64,000 nt of DNA from an uncultured Actinomycetes bacterium. Its GTDB lineage: Bacteria; Actinomycetota; Thermoleophilia; Gaiellales; JAICJC01. Below are positions 1 to 8,885 of the stretch, piece by piece; position 1 is the stretch's first letter, and each line of letters starts with the position of its first letter. The stretch lies in NCBI GenBank assembly GCA_963746115.1, contig CAVVAA010000003.1, forward strand, positions 385,404 through 449,403. The letters run 5' to 3'. Made by a program: the position numbers and the translations under genes. The notes under the pieces were generated by a model that did no database searches, was not told where the DNA came from, and saw only the letters and a program-made list of their open reading frames with translations.

Positions 1-566
1 TGTTGTACGGGCGCGTCTGCGGCCTGCCGTCGTCGCCGATCGTGATGAAGGTCTCGTCGACGGAGCCGTGGTAGCACCAGTTGTGGACGAGGATCTTGGG
101 CCGGCCGGTGACCTCGCGGGCCAGCCGGATGGTGAACCGGTTGGCGTCGGTGGCCGTGAGCGCGAACTGCCAGTACGGCAGGCCGAACCGGCGGGCGAAC
201 TCCTCCGCGCAGGCGATCGAGTCCTCGGTGGGGAGCATGAGCGTCGTCCCCCTGCGCACCTGGTCGGAGACGGCCTCGGCGGTCGCCTCGGGGGCGTGGC
301 CGGTCATCGCGCCGGTGTCGCCGAGGCACAGGTCGACGTACTCGTGCCCGTCGACGTCGGTGAAGCGGGCGCCGGCCGCCTCGGCGACGAACACCGGGAA
401 ACGCGCTCGCCCACTCGACCATCCAGTGCATCGGCACGCCCGCGAGCATGGAGGCGCCGGCGCGGTCGAAGAGCTCCTTCGAGCGCGGATGCTCGCGGGT
501 GAAGCGCTCGTCCTCGCGGGCCTGGAGCCGGGCCAGCCGCTCGCGGTCGACGGTGGAGCCCGTCAT
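1..566 (-). CDS. Class-III PLP aminotransferase (glutamate-1-semialdehyde aminomutase-like), 5' part only; one apparent frameshift near 394-398
   Basis: Minus-strand ATG at 564-566. The ORF leaves the window, so it is absent from the ORF track. It reads MTGSTVDRERLARLQ...GVPMHWMVEWASAFP, then after a 1-nt slip VFVAEAAGARFTDVDGHEYVDLCLGDTGAMTGHAPE...TDANRFTIRLAREVTGRPKILVHNWCYHG. Confidence 0.7.
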   Translation of the reverse strand, partial: MTGSTVDRERLARLQAREDERFTREHPRSKELFDRAGASMLAGVPMHWMVEWASAFPGVRRRGGRRPLHRRRRARVRRPVPRRHRRDDRPRPRGDRRGRLRPGAQGDDAHAPHRGLDRLRGGVRPPVRPAVLAVRAHGHRRQPVHHPAGPRGHRPAQDPRPQLVLPRLRRRDLHHDRRRRQAADAPVQ

Positions 567-648
567 CCGCGTGTGCTTTGGCGAATCACGTTCCGTGTAT
601 CCTGCCTGATCGGCGCCGGTGGCGGTGCCGTGGATCGAGGAGTCTCCC

Positions 649-813
649 GTGGCGAAGTCCGGTGTCCGCGTCCTGGTCACGCTTGCGTGCCAGGACTGCA
701 AGCGACGCAACTATCAAACCAATAAGTCGAAGCGAAACTCGCCTGACCGGATCGAGTTCTCGAAGTACTGCCGCTGGTGCGGACACCATACGCCGCACAG
801 GGAGACGCGCTAA
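649..813 (+). CDS. rpmG: 50S ribosomal protein L33 (zinc-ribbon C+ form)
   Basis: GTG at 649 inside ORF 619..813. [54 protein letters not shown], 54 aa, with CxxC...CxxC. Confidence 0.9.
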   Translation: MAKSGVRVLVTLACQDCKRRNYQTNKSKRNSPDRIEFSKYCRWCGHHTPHRETR

Positions 814-818
814 CCGCG

Positions 819-1136
819 ATGGCACGATCGACGTCGCGAAGAGGGAGGCCCGCCGCCGGAGGCGGCAGCCGCCGGTCGGTGAGCGCCCCGCTCGCTGGCA
901 AGCCCAAGAGCCAGTCGGGCGGTGAGGTCGACCGCCGCCGCGGGCTGCGCGGCCTGGTCGGGTTCACGGGCGAGGTCCGCTCCGAGCTCGCGAAGGTGGA
1001 CTTCCCCAACCGCCAGCAGACGTGGCAGTCGACGATGGTCGTCGTCGCCGCCTGCATCCTGGTCGGCGGGTACCTGTACGGCCTCGACCAGGCGTTCGCC
1101 CAGTTCGCCACCAAGCTGATCGATCTACAAAAGTAG
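819..1136 (+). CDS. secE: Preprotein translocase subunit SecE
   Basis: Internal ATG of ORF 777..1136. Basic N-terminus, then VRSELAKVDFPNRQQTWQSTMVVVAACILVGGYLYGLDQAF (single TM). Canonical position before nusG. Confidence 0.85.
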   Translation: MARSTSRRGRPAAGGGSRRSVSAPLAGKPKSQSGGEVDRRRGLRGLVGFTGEVRSELAKVDFPNRQQTWQSTMVVVAACILVGGYLYGLDQAFAQFATKLIDLQK

Positions 1137-1141
1137 GGCGC

Positions 1142-1672
1142 ATGTTCCGCTGGTATGTGATCAACACCTATTCCGGGCACGAGAACAAGGTCAAGGCCAA
1201 CCTCGAGCACCGGATCAAGTCGATGAGCCAGGAGCTCACCGTTCGCCGCGTCGTGGTCCCGACCGAGTCTGTCGTCGAGACCAAGGACGGGCAGAAGGTG
1301 CAGACGGAGCGGCGGCTGTGGCCGGGCTACGTGCTCGTCAACATGGATCTCACCGACGACGCCTGGACGCTCGTGAAGAACACGCCGGGCGTGACCGGGT
1401 TCGTCGGCTCCCAGAACAAGCCCGTCCCGCTGAGCCAGCCCGAGGTCGACCGGATGCTGCACACCGCGGTCGCCCAGGCCGAGCAGAAGACGAAGGCGAA
1501 GGCCGAGTTCTCGATGGGCGACAGCGTGAAGATCACGTCCGGCTACCTGGCGGACTTCGACGGCGAGATCGCCGAGATCAACGAGGACCAGGGCAAGCTC
1601 AAGGTGCTCGTGTCGATCTTCGAGCGCCAGGTCCCCGTCGAGCTCGAGTTCGACAAGGTCAAGAAGATCTAG
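1142..1672 (+). CDS. nusG: Transcription termination/antitermination factor NusG
   Basis: MFRWYVINTYSGHENKVKANLEHRI...PGYVLVNMDL...NTPGVTGFVGS...GDSVKITSGYLADFDGEIAEINEDQGKLKVLVSIFERQVPVELEFDKVKKI (NGN plus KOW). Confidence 0.95.
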   Translation: MFRWYVINTYSGHENKVKANLEHRIKSMSQELTVRRVVVPTESVVETKDGQKVQTERRLWPGYVLVNMDLTDDAWTLVKNTPGVTGFVGSQNKPVPLSQPEVDRMLHTAVAQAEQKTKAKAEFSMGDSVKITSGYLADFDGEIAEINEDQGKLKVLVSIFERQVPVELEFDKVKKI

Positions 1673-1692
1673 AGACCAATCGCCGGCCGACC

Positions 1693-1722
1693 GGTGCCTG
1701 GCACCGGACGGTGCCAGGCACC
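1693..1722 (+). terminator. Perfect 13-bp hairpin after nusG, with no U-tract
   Basis: GGTGCCTGGCACC-ggac-GGTGCCAGGCACC, 21 nt after the nusG stop. Each arm is itself a palindrome. Confidence 0.55.
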
Positions 1723-1788
1723 TGTTCCACTGCTCCATCTCAAGCCGCGGGTCGCCCCGACGCGCTGCGACTGTGAGAGGTTCCCGCC

Positions 1789-2952
1789 GTGCAAATCGAC
1801 CTCTCCACGCTGGTCGTCATCACGGCCCTCGCGGCCGCCGCGCCGATCGTTGCCGACCTCGTGCCGCGGCCGACGCCGCCGCTCGTCGTCGTCGAGATCG
1901 TCCTCGGCATCCTCGTCGGCCCGGCCGTGCTCGGGCTCGCCCACGTCACGCCGCTCGCCGACCTGCTCTCGCAGTTCGGGCTCGCCTTCCTGTTCTTCCT
2001 GGCCGGGTTCGAGCTCGAGCCCGAACGGGTGCGCGGCGCCCCGGCCCGGCTCGCGACCGTCACATGGCTCATCTCGCTGGCGCTCGCCTTCGGGATCGCC
2101 GCCGGGCTCGAGGCGGCGGGGGTGATCGTGAACTACCTCTTCGTCGGCTGCGCGCTCACGACGACCTCGCTCGGCACGCTGACACCGATCCTGCGCGACA
2201 ACGGCGACCTCGAAGACGAGTTCGGCACGTTCGTCATTGCCGCCGGCGCCGCGGGCGAGCTGGGCCCGATCGTCCTGATCGCGCTCCTCCTGACAAGCGT
2301 GACGAACCGCGGCGCCGCGGCGCTCGTGCTCGTCGCTTTCGCCCTGCTGGCGGTCGCGGCCGCGGTCGCGGCCCCGCACGTGCGCCCTCACCGGATCGTC
2401 GTCGTGATCGAGCGGACGATGGAGGCGACCGGCCAGCTCGCCGTGCGGCTTTCCGTGCTCGTGCTGGCCGCCCTCGTCTACCTGACGTCGCGGCTCGGCC
2501 TCGACGTCGTGCTGGGCGCATTCTCGGCCGGCATGCTCGTCTCGATCGCCGCCGGCCCTGCGTCGCGCCGCCTGCTCCAGCCGAAGCTCGACGCGGTCGC
2601 GTTCGGCGTCTTCGTGCCCATCTTCTTCATCGTGACCGGGATGCGCTTCGACCTCGACGCTGTCATCGGCGACGCCGCTGGGCTGGCGAAGCTCGCCCTC
2701 TTCCTCGTCCTGCTCCTGGTCGTGCGAGGGCTGCCGACCTTCGTGCTCGCCCGCCGCGACCTGCCGGTCGTCGCCGACCGGCGCGCGCTCGCCCTCTACG
2801 CCTCGACCGGCCTGCCTCTGATCGTCGCGGTCACCACCCTCGGCATCGCGGCCGGGCAGATGCGCACGAGCACCTCGGCGGGGCTGGTCGGCGCGGGCAT
2901 GGTGTCGGTGCTCGTCTATCCCGTCCTCGCCGGGGCGGTGCGGCGGGCGTAG
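1789..2952 (+). CDS. Cation:proton antiporter (CPA2 / Na+/H+-exchanger family), membrane domain only
   Basis: 387-aa polytopic ORF: ...[18 protein letters not shown]...[21 protein letters not shown]...; no C-terminal RCK/KTN domain visible. Confidence 0.75.
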   Translation: MQIDLSTLVVITALAAAAPIVADLVPRPTPPLVVVEIVLGILVGPAVLGLAHVTPLADLLSQFGLAFLFFLAGFELEPERVRGAPARLATVTWLISLALAFGIAAGLEAAGVIVNYLFVGCALTTTSLGTLTPILRDNGDLEDEFGTFVIAAGAAGELGPIVLIALLLTSVTNRGAAALVLVAFALLAVAAAVAAPHVRPHRIVVVIERTMEATGQLAVRLSVLVLAALVYLTSRLGLDVVLGAFSAGMLVSIAAGPASRRLLQPKLDAVAFGVFVPIFFIVTGMRFDLDAVIGDAAGLAKLALFLVLLLVVRGLPTFVLARRDLPVVADRRALALYASTGLPLIVAVTTLGIAAGQMRTSTSAGLVGAGMVSVLVYPVLAGAVRRA

Positions 2953-3021
2953 CTATCATGCGCGCGCTGATGAAATCGTGGGAGCCCCGACCGGGCGCTT
3001 GCACCACATGAGAGGTGAGGT

Positions 3022-3451
3022 ATGGCGAAGAAGGTCATCAAGGTCATCAAGCTGCAGATCCCGGCCGGTCAGGCCAACCCGGCGCCCCCGGTGGGCCCGG
3101 CGCTGGGCCAGCACGGGGTCAACATCATGGAGTTCTGCAAGGCGTTCAACGCCGCGACGCAGGGCCCGAACGCCGGGCCGGATCACGCCCGTCGAGATCA
3201 GCGTGTTCGAGGACCGCTCGTTCACGTTCATCACGAAGACGCCGCCGGCGGCGGTGCTGATCCGCGAGGCGCTCAACCTGGAGAAGGGCTCGGGCGAGCC
3301 GAACCGCACCAAGGTCGGCACGATCAGCCGCTCCCAGCTGCGCGAGATCGCCGAGACGAAGATGCCCGACCTGAACGCGAACGACGTCGACGCCGCGATG
3401 CACATCATCGCCGGCACCGCCCGGTCGATGGGCGTGGAGGTGGGCGCCTGA
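3022..3451 (+). CDS. rplK: 50S ribosomal protein L11; apparent +1 indel in the G-run at 3175-3177
   Basis: [52 protein letters not shown], then in the next frame [32 protein letters not shown]...[15 protein letters not shown]. The stop overlaps the rplA ATG (ATGA). Confidence 0.9.
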
Positions 3452-4164
3452 TGGCCGGCAAGCGCTACACCAACGCCCGCGCCCAGGTCGACCGCGAGCG
3501 CGCCTATCCGCCGCTCGAGGCCGTGCGGACGCTGAAGTCGCTCGACTCCGCCAAGTTCGACGAGACCGTCGAGGTGCACCTGCGCCTCGGGGTGAACGTC
3601 CGCCATGCCGACCAGCAGCTGCGGGGAACGCTCTTCCTGCCCCACGGCACCGGCCGCTCGGTGACGGTGGCCGTGTTCGCGCAGGGCGAGAAGGCGAAGG
3701 AGGCCGAGGACGCGGGCGCAGACCTGGTCGGCGCTGACGACCTCGCCGCCCGCGTGCAGGAGGGGTTCACCGACTTCGACGTCGCGATCGCCACGCCCGA
3801 CATGATGGGCACCGTCGGCCGCCTGGGCCGGATCCTCGGCCCGCAGGGCAAGATGCCGAGCCCGAAGGCGGGCACGATCACGTTCGACATCGCCAAGGCG
3901 GTGTCCGACATCAAGGCCGGCAAGATCGAGTACCGCACCGACCGCACCGGGATCATCCACGTGGCGATCGGCAAGAAGTCGTTCGAGGAGCGCGCGCTGG
4001 TCGAGAACTACGGCGCCGTCCTCGACGAGATCCTGCGGGCCAAGCCGGCGGCAGCGAAGGGCCGCTACCTGCGCTCGATCACGATCTCCTCGACGATGGG
4101 CCCGGGCGTGAAGATCGACACGGGCCGGGTGCGCGACCTGCTGGAGGAGACGGCCGCGGTCTAG
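3451..4164 (+). CDS. rplA: 50S ribosomal protein L1
   Basis: [31 protein letters not shown]...[46 protein letters not shown]..., 237 aa. Confidence 0.95.
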   Translation: MAGKRYTNARAQVDRERAYPPLEAVRTLKSLDSAKFDETVEVHLRLGVNVRHADQQLRGTLFLPHGTGRSVTVAVFAQGEKAKEAEDAGADLVGADDLAARVQEGFTDFDVAIATPDMMGTVGRLGRILGPQGKMPSPKAGTITFDIAKAVSDIKAGKIEYRTDRTGIIHVAIGKKSFEERALVENYGAVLDEILRAKPAAAKGRYLRSITISSTMGPGVKIDTGRVRDLLEETAAV

Positions 4165-4172
4165 CCACAATC

Positions 4173-4202
4173 GGGGACAGTCCCCGTGCGGGGACTGTCC
4201 CC
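4173..4202. repeat. Paired 13-nt palindrome GGGGACAGTCCCC-gtgc-GGGGACTGTCCCC (terminator-like hairpin)
   Basis: Starts 9 nt after the rplA stop. The same 13-mer pair recurs at 22645, 44949 and 61747. Confidence 0.85.
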
Positions 4203-4381
4203 CTCTACGTCGTCCCGAGACGCCTGGCTATAGTTCCGCCGCCAATCTGTCCGCGCCAGAGACCGTCGGGGCCCGCGAGGGCTCAAAAGACCACCCGACC
4301 GAGGCCGGTGCCCGCGCACGTCATCCCGCGTGCGCTCGCGTCGCCTCACGGCGGACGCGAGCTGCATGAAGGAGGTGAACC
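4203..4381 (+). promoter_or_regulatory. rplJ 5' leader (candidate L10 autoregulatory leader) with a possible -10 box
   Basis: TATAGT at 4229-4234. A 12-bp bulged stem-loop (4334-4362, GCTCGCGTCGCC-tcac-GGCGGACGCGAGC) lies just before the RBS GAAGGAGG (4368-4375) and the GTG at 4382. Confidence 0.4.
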
Positions 4382-4912
4382 GTGCGTCTAGAGCAGAAGG
4401 AGCGGGTCGTCGAGCGCCTGACCGAGCACATGCGGGAGGCGCCCGCGATGATCGTGACCGACTATCGCGGCCTCACCGTCACCCAGGTGGCGGAGGTGCG
4501 CCGCTCGCTGCGCGAGGCCGGGGCGACGTTCCACGTCGCCAAGAACACGCTCGCCCGGATCGCGGCCAAGCAGGCCGACAAGCCTGACCTGATCGCGCTC
4601 CTCGAGGGGCCGACGGCGATCACATTCGTCGCCGACGATCCGGCCGCGGCAGCCAAGAAGCTGTCCGAGATCGCCCGCCAGACCCGCATCCTCGAGGTGC
4701 GGGGAGGGCTGATGGAGGGCCAGACACTGTCGGCGGCCGACGTCCGCGCGCTGGGCGACCTGCCCCCGAAGGACGTCCTCCAGGCCCAGGTGGTCGGCGC
4801 CATCGCCAGTCCGGTGCAGGGTGCCTACAACGTGCTCGCAGCACCGCTGCGGGAGTTCCTGGTCGTGCTCGACCAGTACATCGAGAAGCGACAGGCGGCC
4901 GAGGCCGCCTAG
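4382..4912 (+). CDS. rplJ: 50S ribosomal protein L10
   Basis: GTG start. MRLEQKERVVERLTEHMREAPAMIVTDYRGLTVTQVAEVRRSLREAGATFHVAKNTLARIA... Confidence 0.93.
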   Translation: MRLEQKERVVERLTEHMREAPAMIVTDYRGLTVTQVAEVRRSLREAGATFHVAKNTLARIAAKQADKPDLIALLEGPTAITFVADDPAAAAKKLSEIARQTRILEVRGGLMEGQTLSAADVRALGDLPPKDVLQAQVVGAIASPVQGAYNVLAAPLREFLVVLDQYIEKRQAAEAA

Positions 4913-4927
4913 ATTCAAGGAGAGAAC

Positions 4928-5305
4928 ATGCCTGTGACACCAGAGCAGCTCGAGGAGATGTCGGTTCTCGAGCTCGTGGAGCTGAAGAAGGCGCTCGAGG
5001 AGCGCTGGGGAGTGTCGGCCGCGGCGGCCGCGCCCGTCATGGTTGCCCCGGGTGCGGGTGGCGGCGGCGGCGACGGTGCCGCCGAGGAGGAGCAGACGGC
5101 GTTCGACGTCGTCCTCGAGTCGGCCGGCCAGAGCAAGATCCCGGTCATCAAGGTGATCCGCGAGCTGACCGGCCTCGGCCTGAAGGAGGCCAAGGCGGTT
5201 GCCGACGAGGCGCCGAAGCCCGTGAAGGAGGGCGTCGCCCGCGAGGAGGCCGACCAGATGAAGGCCAAGCTCGAGGAGGCCGGCGCCACCGTCGAGATCA
5301 AGTAG
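4928..5305 (+). CDS. rplL: 50S ribosomal protein L7/L12
   Basis: ...[22 protein letters not shown]...[56 protein letters not shown]. Confidence 0.95.
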   Translation: MPVTPEQLEEMSVLELVELKKALEERWGVSAAAAAPVMVAPGAGGGGGDGAAEEEQTAFDVVLESAGQSKIPVIKVIRELTGLGLKEAKAVADEAPKPVKEGVAREEADQMKAKLEEAGATVEIK

Positions 5306-5311
5306 CGCCTG

Positions 5312-5349
5312 CGGGGAGGGCGCCGGCGTCCGCGTCCGCGCCCTCCCCG
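5312..5349 (+). terminator. GC-rich hairpin after rplL
   Basis: CGGGGAGGGCGC (5312-5323) pairs with GCGCCCTCCCCG (5338-5349); 14-nt loop; no U-tract. Confidence 0.45.
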
Positions 5350-5387
5350 TCACCTCGCGCCGCTTCGGAGGTCGCCGCCCCGATACA

Positions 5388-6062
5388 ATGGTGGCGGTGG
5401 AACAGGCCTCCTGCACCCTTCCCTATACGGCGATCCGGAAGAAGCCCGACGAGGGCTCCGAACAGGTCACCCAGGTGCTCTTCGGCGATCCCGTCGACGT
5501 CGCGGCGAGCGACGACGGCTGGGCCGAGGTGACGATCGCCGACGGGCTCGGCGGCTGGATCCAGACCGAGGCGCTCGGAGAGCCGCTCCAGAAGGACCGC
5601 GCCCACGTGGTCGTCGTGCCCCAGGCGGCCGACCGCTACCTGGGGACGTGGCTGGTCGCGCCCGGCCTGCGCACCGAGCCGCTTGCGGCCGCGCGGCGCA
5701 AGGCCGGCGGCGACGCGATCGCCGAGACGGCGCTCATGTTCCTCGGCGCCCCGTACGAGTGGGGCGGCGTCACCGTCCACGGCCTCGACTGCTCCGGCCT
5801 CGTGCAGGCCGTGCATCGCCGCTTCGGGCTGCTGCTCCCGCACAACGCGGAGCAGCAGGAGAGCGCCGGCCGCGAGGTGTCGCTGCGCCAGGCCCAGCCG
5901 GGCGACCTGATCTGCTACGGCGACCACATCGCGATCTGGGTCGGCGAGGGCCGCATCGTCCACGCCGCGAAGGACGCCGGCAAGGTGGTCGAGGAGCCGC
6001 ATCCGGCCGACCTGAAGTCGCGGGTACGCACCGTCCGCCGCCTCTACGAGCCGGAAGACTGA
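5388..6062 (+). CDS. Cytoplasmic SH3b + NlpC/P60 cysteine peptidase (YkfC-like gamma-D-glutamyl-diamino-acid endopeptidase candidate)
   Basis: No signal peptide. N-terminal SH3b-like segment (QVLFGDPVDVAASDDGWAEVTI..GWIQTEAL). Catalytic motifs APYEWGGVTVHGLDCSGLVQ and GDLICYGDHIAIWVGEGRIVHA. Confidence 0.8.
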   Translation: MVAVEQASCTLPYTAIRKKPDEGSEQVTQVLFGDPVDVAASDDGWAEVTIADGLGGWIQTEALGEPLQKDRAHVVVVPQAADRYLGTWLVAPGLRTEPLAAARRKAGGDAIAETALMFLGAPYEWGGVTVHGLDCSGLVQAVHRRFGLLLPHNAEQQESAGREVSLRQAQPGDLICYGDHIAIWVGEGRIVHAAKDAGKVVEEPHPADLKSRVRTVRRLYEPED

Positions 6063-6189
6063 GATGGTTGACCGGTAAGTCCGCGCGCGCCTGGACGCAC
6101 GACGGTCGGTGGTCGGGTAAACGCTGGTGGTGCTGCGCCTGCGAACCGTCGCATCGCCGCGTCCTCGGTCGCGCCCATACAACACCGGT

Positions 6190-7023
6190 ATGAGCGCTCC
6201 CTGCGTCCTTGCGCTGCTCGGTTCGCAGCCGCCCAGGACATCACGGGACGTACCGGTCAACCATCCGACCCAGCCACGGCCGTGATCGCGGTCGCGGCCG
6301 TCGACGTTCGCAGCGGCCGCCGCCACGAGCGCGACGCCCATGTGCCGCTGCCCGCGGCGAGCACGATCAAGGTGCTCGTCTCGGCGGCCCTCTGGAGCGG
6401 CGTCTGCGCCGGCCGGATCGACCCCGGAGCGGCGCGTGCGAGCCGGGGACGCGCCGGTCGCGGGCGGCGGCGGCCTGCTCGAGAGCATGCACCCGGAGAC
6501 CGAGCTCACCCTGGCCGAGCTCGACCTGCTGATGCTGGCGGTCTCCGACAACGCGGCCACGAACGCGGTCATCGACGCGGTCGGCATGGACGCCGTGAAC
6601 GACCTGGCCGCCGCCCTCGGGCTCGAGCACACACGTCTGCGGCGGCGGATGATGGACATCGCCGCGGCCGAGCGCGGCGAGGACAACACCACATGCGCGG
6701 CCGACATGACCGCGCTCCTGTGCGCGCTCGCTCGCGCGGGCGGCATCCCCGTCCAGGCCTGCCGGCGGGTGCTGGCCGCGATGGCCCAGTCGCAGCACAC
6801 CGACATCGTCCCCCGCTACCTGCCGTCGGCGCCGTGCCGCGTCGTCGCGTCGAAGCAGGGCGAGCTCGATTCCGTGCGCCACGACGTCGCCCTCGTGGAC
6901 GAGGGCGAGCGCCGGATCGCGCTCGCCGTGCTGTCCGCCCCGGCGGCCGCGGCCGACGGCCTTGCCCGCGCGGCGGCCCTCGCGTATCGCCTTGTCGCTG
7001 CGCCCGTAACGCCCGAGGACTAA
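6190..7023 (+). CDS. Class-A beta-lactamase-like serine hydrolase; frameshift in the C-run at 6422-6425 and probably another near the N-terminus (start uncertain)
   Basis: SxxK (AASTIKVLV) in frame 0. After the slip, SDN (LAVSDNAATN) and a KTG-like KQGE in frame 1. No obvious signal peptide. ATG 6190 is out of frame with GTG 6282. Confidence 0.6.
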
Positions 7024-7081
7024 CATCGGCCGCCTCCGAGGCGTCATAGAGCGCGCGGCGTCAACTTCCTAGGAGGGGTCA

Positions 7082-8811
7082 ATGGAGAAGCGATTCTGGC
7101 GGGGCCTGGTTGCGTTGGGAGCCATCGCGGCGGTCGTGATTGCGGCTGGCTGCGGCGGCTCGGGAGGCGGCGGCTCGAGCTCGAGCTCGAGCGGGTCGAG
7201 CTCCCCGAACACCTCCGTCGCCGCCCACAAGGGCGGAACGTTCACCATCCTTGCGAACTCCAGCTTCGGTGTCGCCGATCCTGCGCAGAACTACACGCTG
7301 CAGGAATGGCAGCTCCTGATCAACACGCACGACGGACTCGTCCAGTTCAAGCGCGTGGGAGGCACGGCGGGCACGCAGATCGTCCCCGACCTCGCCACGT
7401 CGATCCCGACGCCGACCGACGGCGGCAAGACGTACACGTTCCAGATCCGCAAGGGGATCAAGTTCTCGAACGGCCAGGTGATGAAGCCGAGCGACTTCGT
7501 CACCACCTTCGAGCGCCAGTTCACCGTCCCGGGCCCGACGTCGTTCTACGCCGGCATCGTCGGCGCCTCGGCCTGCAAGCCGTCGCACTGCGACCTCTCC
7601 AAGGGCGTCGTCGCCGACGACTCGGCCTACACGCTCACCATCCACCTGACGGCCCCGGATCCCGAGTTCCTCGACAAGCTGGCGCTGCCGTTCGCGTACG
7701 TCGTGCCGGCGAGCACGTCGAAGAAGCTGACGGGCAACAACGTCCCGCCGGGGACCGGCCCGTACATGTGGCAGTCGTACAACCCGAACAAGGAAGCCGT
7801 CCTCGTCCGCAACCCGTACTTCAAGGTCTGGAATCCCGCACGCGCAGCCGGCAGGGATACCCGGACGAGATCGTCGAGAAGTACGGCCTGCAGATCTCCG
7901 ACGAGGTCACGCAGGTCGAGCGCGGCGCCGCCGACGAGGTGTTCGACGGCGACGTGATCCCGGCCGACCGGCTGAACGAGCTGAACAGCCCGCAGTACGC
8001 GAACCAGGTGCACGTGAACGCGCTGACCGCGGACTGGTACATCGCGCTCAACACGACCACGCCGCCGTTCAACAACCTGAAGGCGCGCCAGGCGATCAAC
8101 TACGCGGCCGACCGCAGCGCCTACGTGAAGATCGGCGGCGGCTCGGCGCTCGCCGTGCCGACCTGCCAGATCCTGCCGCCGAACTTCCCGGGCTACAAGC
8201 CGTACTGCCCGTACACGACCGGCAGCGACACCACCAAGTGGACCGGCGTCGACCTGGCCAAGGCGAAGCAGCTCGTCAAGGAGTCCGGCACCGCCGGCGC
8301 CAAGGTCGTCGTCAACAGCGGGAACGACGAGACCTCGCAAGGCGCTCGGTGAGCAGATGGTCTCCGACCTGAACAAGATCGGGTACAAGGCGTCGGGTCA
8401 GTACCTGGCCGACGGCATCCAGTACCCGTACGTGCAGAACTCGAAGAACCACAGCAAGTGGAACATCGCGTGGTCGGCCTGGTACCAGGACTACCCGGCG
8501 CCGTCCGACTTCCTGAACGTGCTCCTCGGCTGCGGCTCCATCCACCCGAACAGCGACGCCAGCCCGAACATCGCGGCCTTCTGCGACAAGTCGATCCAGG
8601 CCAAGATGGATCAGGCGGAGAAGACCGGGCGTCACCAACCCGGACGCAGCGAACGAGATCTGGGCGCAGGTCGACCACGACATGACCGATCAGGCCCCGT
8701 GGGTCGACCTCTACAACCCGAAGCAGATCGACTTCCTGTCGAAGCGGGTCAGGGAACTACCAGTGGAACCCGCAGTGGTACATCCTGATCGACCAGCTCT
8801 GGGTCAAGTAG
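7082..8811 (+). CDS. Peptide/nickel ABC transporter substrate-binding lipoprotein (family 5); at least 4 apparent frameshifts (near 7830-7860, 8340, 8630, 8750)
   Basis: Lipobox VIAAGC plus G/S linker. The reconstructed protein runs through four frames: ...PDLATSIPTPTDGGKTYTFQIRKGIKFSNG... / GYPDEIVEKYGLQ...LNTTTPPFNNLKARQAINYA... / LGEQMVSDLNKIGYKA... / WVDLYNPKQIDFLSKRV / NYQWNPQWYILIDQLWVK*. Confidence 0.85.
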
Positions 8812-8830
8812 GCCGGTCGAATCCGAACTC

Positions 8831-8865
8831 GGGGGCGGTGCGGTTCTCCGGAACCGCCCGCCCCC
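8831..8865 (+). terminator. Hairpin after the substrate-binding protein gene
   Basis: GGGGGCGGTGCGGTTC-tccg-GAACCGCCCGCCCCC with one bulge, 20 nt after the stop. Confidence 0.45.
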
Positions 8866-8885
8866 GGTGGTAAGGTGATTGGTAC

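Noticed and set aside
814-818. An expected tRNA (for example tRNA-Trp) next to secE, as seen in many genomes.
   Set aside because: rpmG and secE are only 5 nt apart. I found no cloverleaf in 567-648 or 1673-1788 either.
3165-3185. Programmed ribosomal frameshifting, or transcriptional slippage, as the explanation for frame changes in rplK and other genes.
   Set aside because: About 100 such sites occur. They are clustered in blocks irrespective of gene function, and they lack shared slippery heptamers or downstream structures. Error is far more parsimonious.
4173-4202. The GGGGACAGTCCCC repeats as a CRISPR array.
   Set aside because: There are only two copies per locus, the spacers are 4-9 nt, the copies are mutually complementary, the loci are dispersed, and there are no cas genes.
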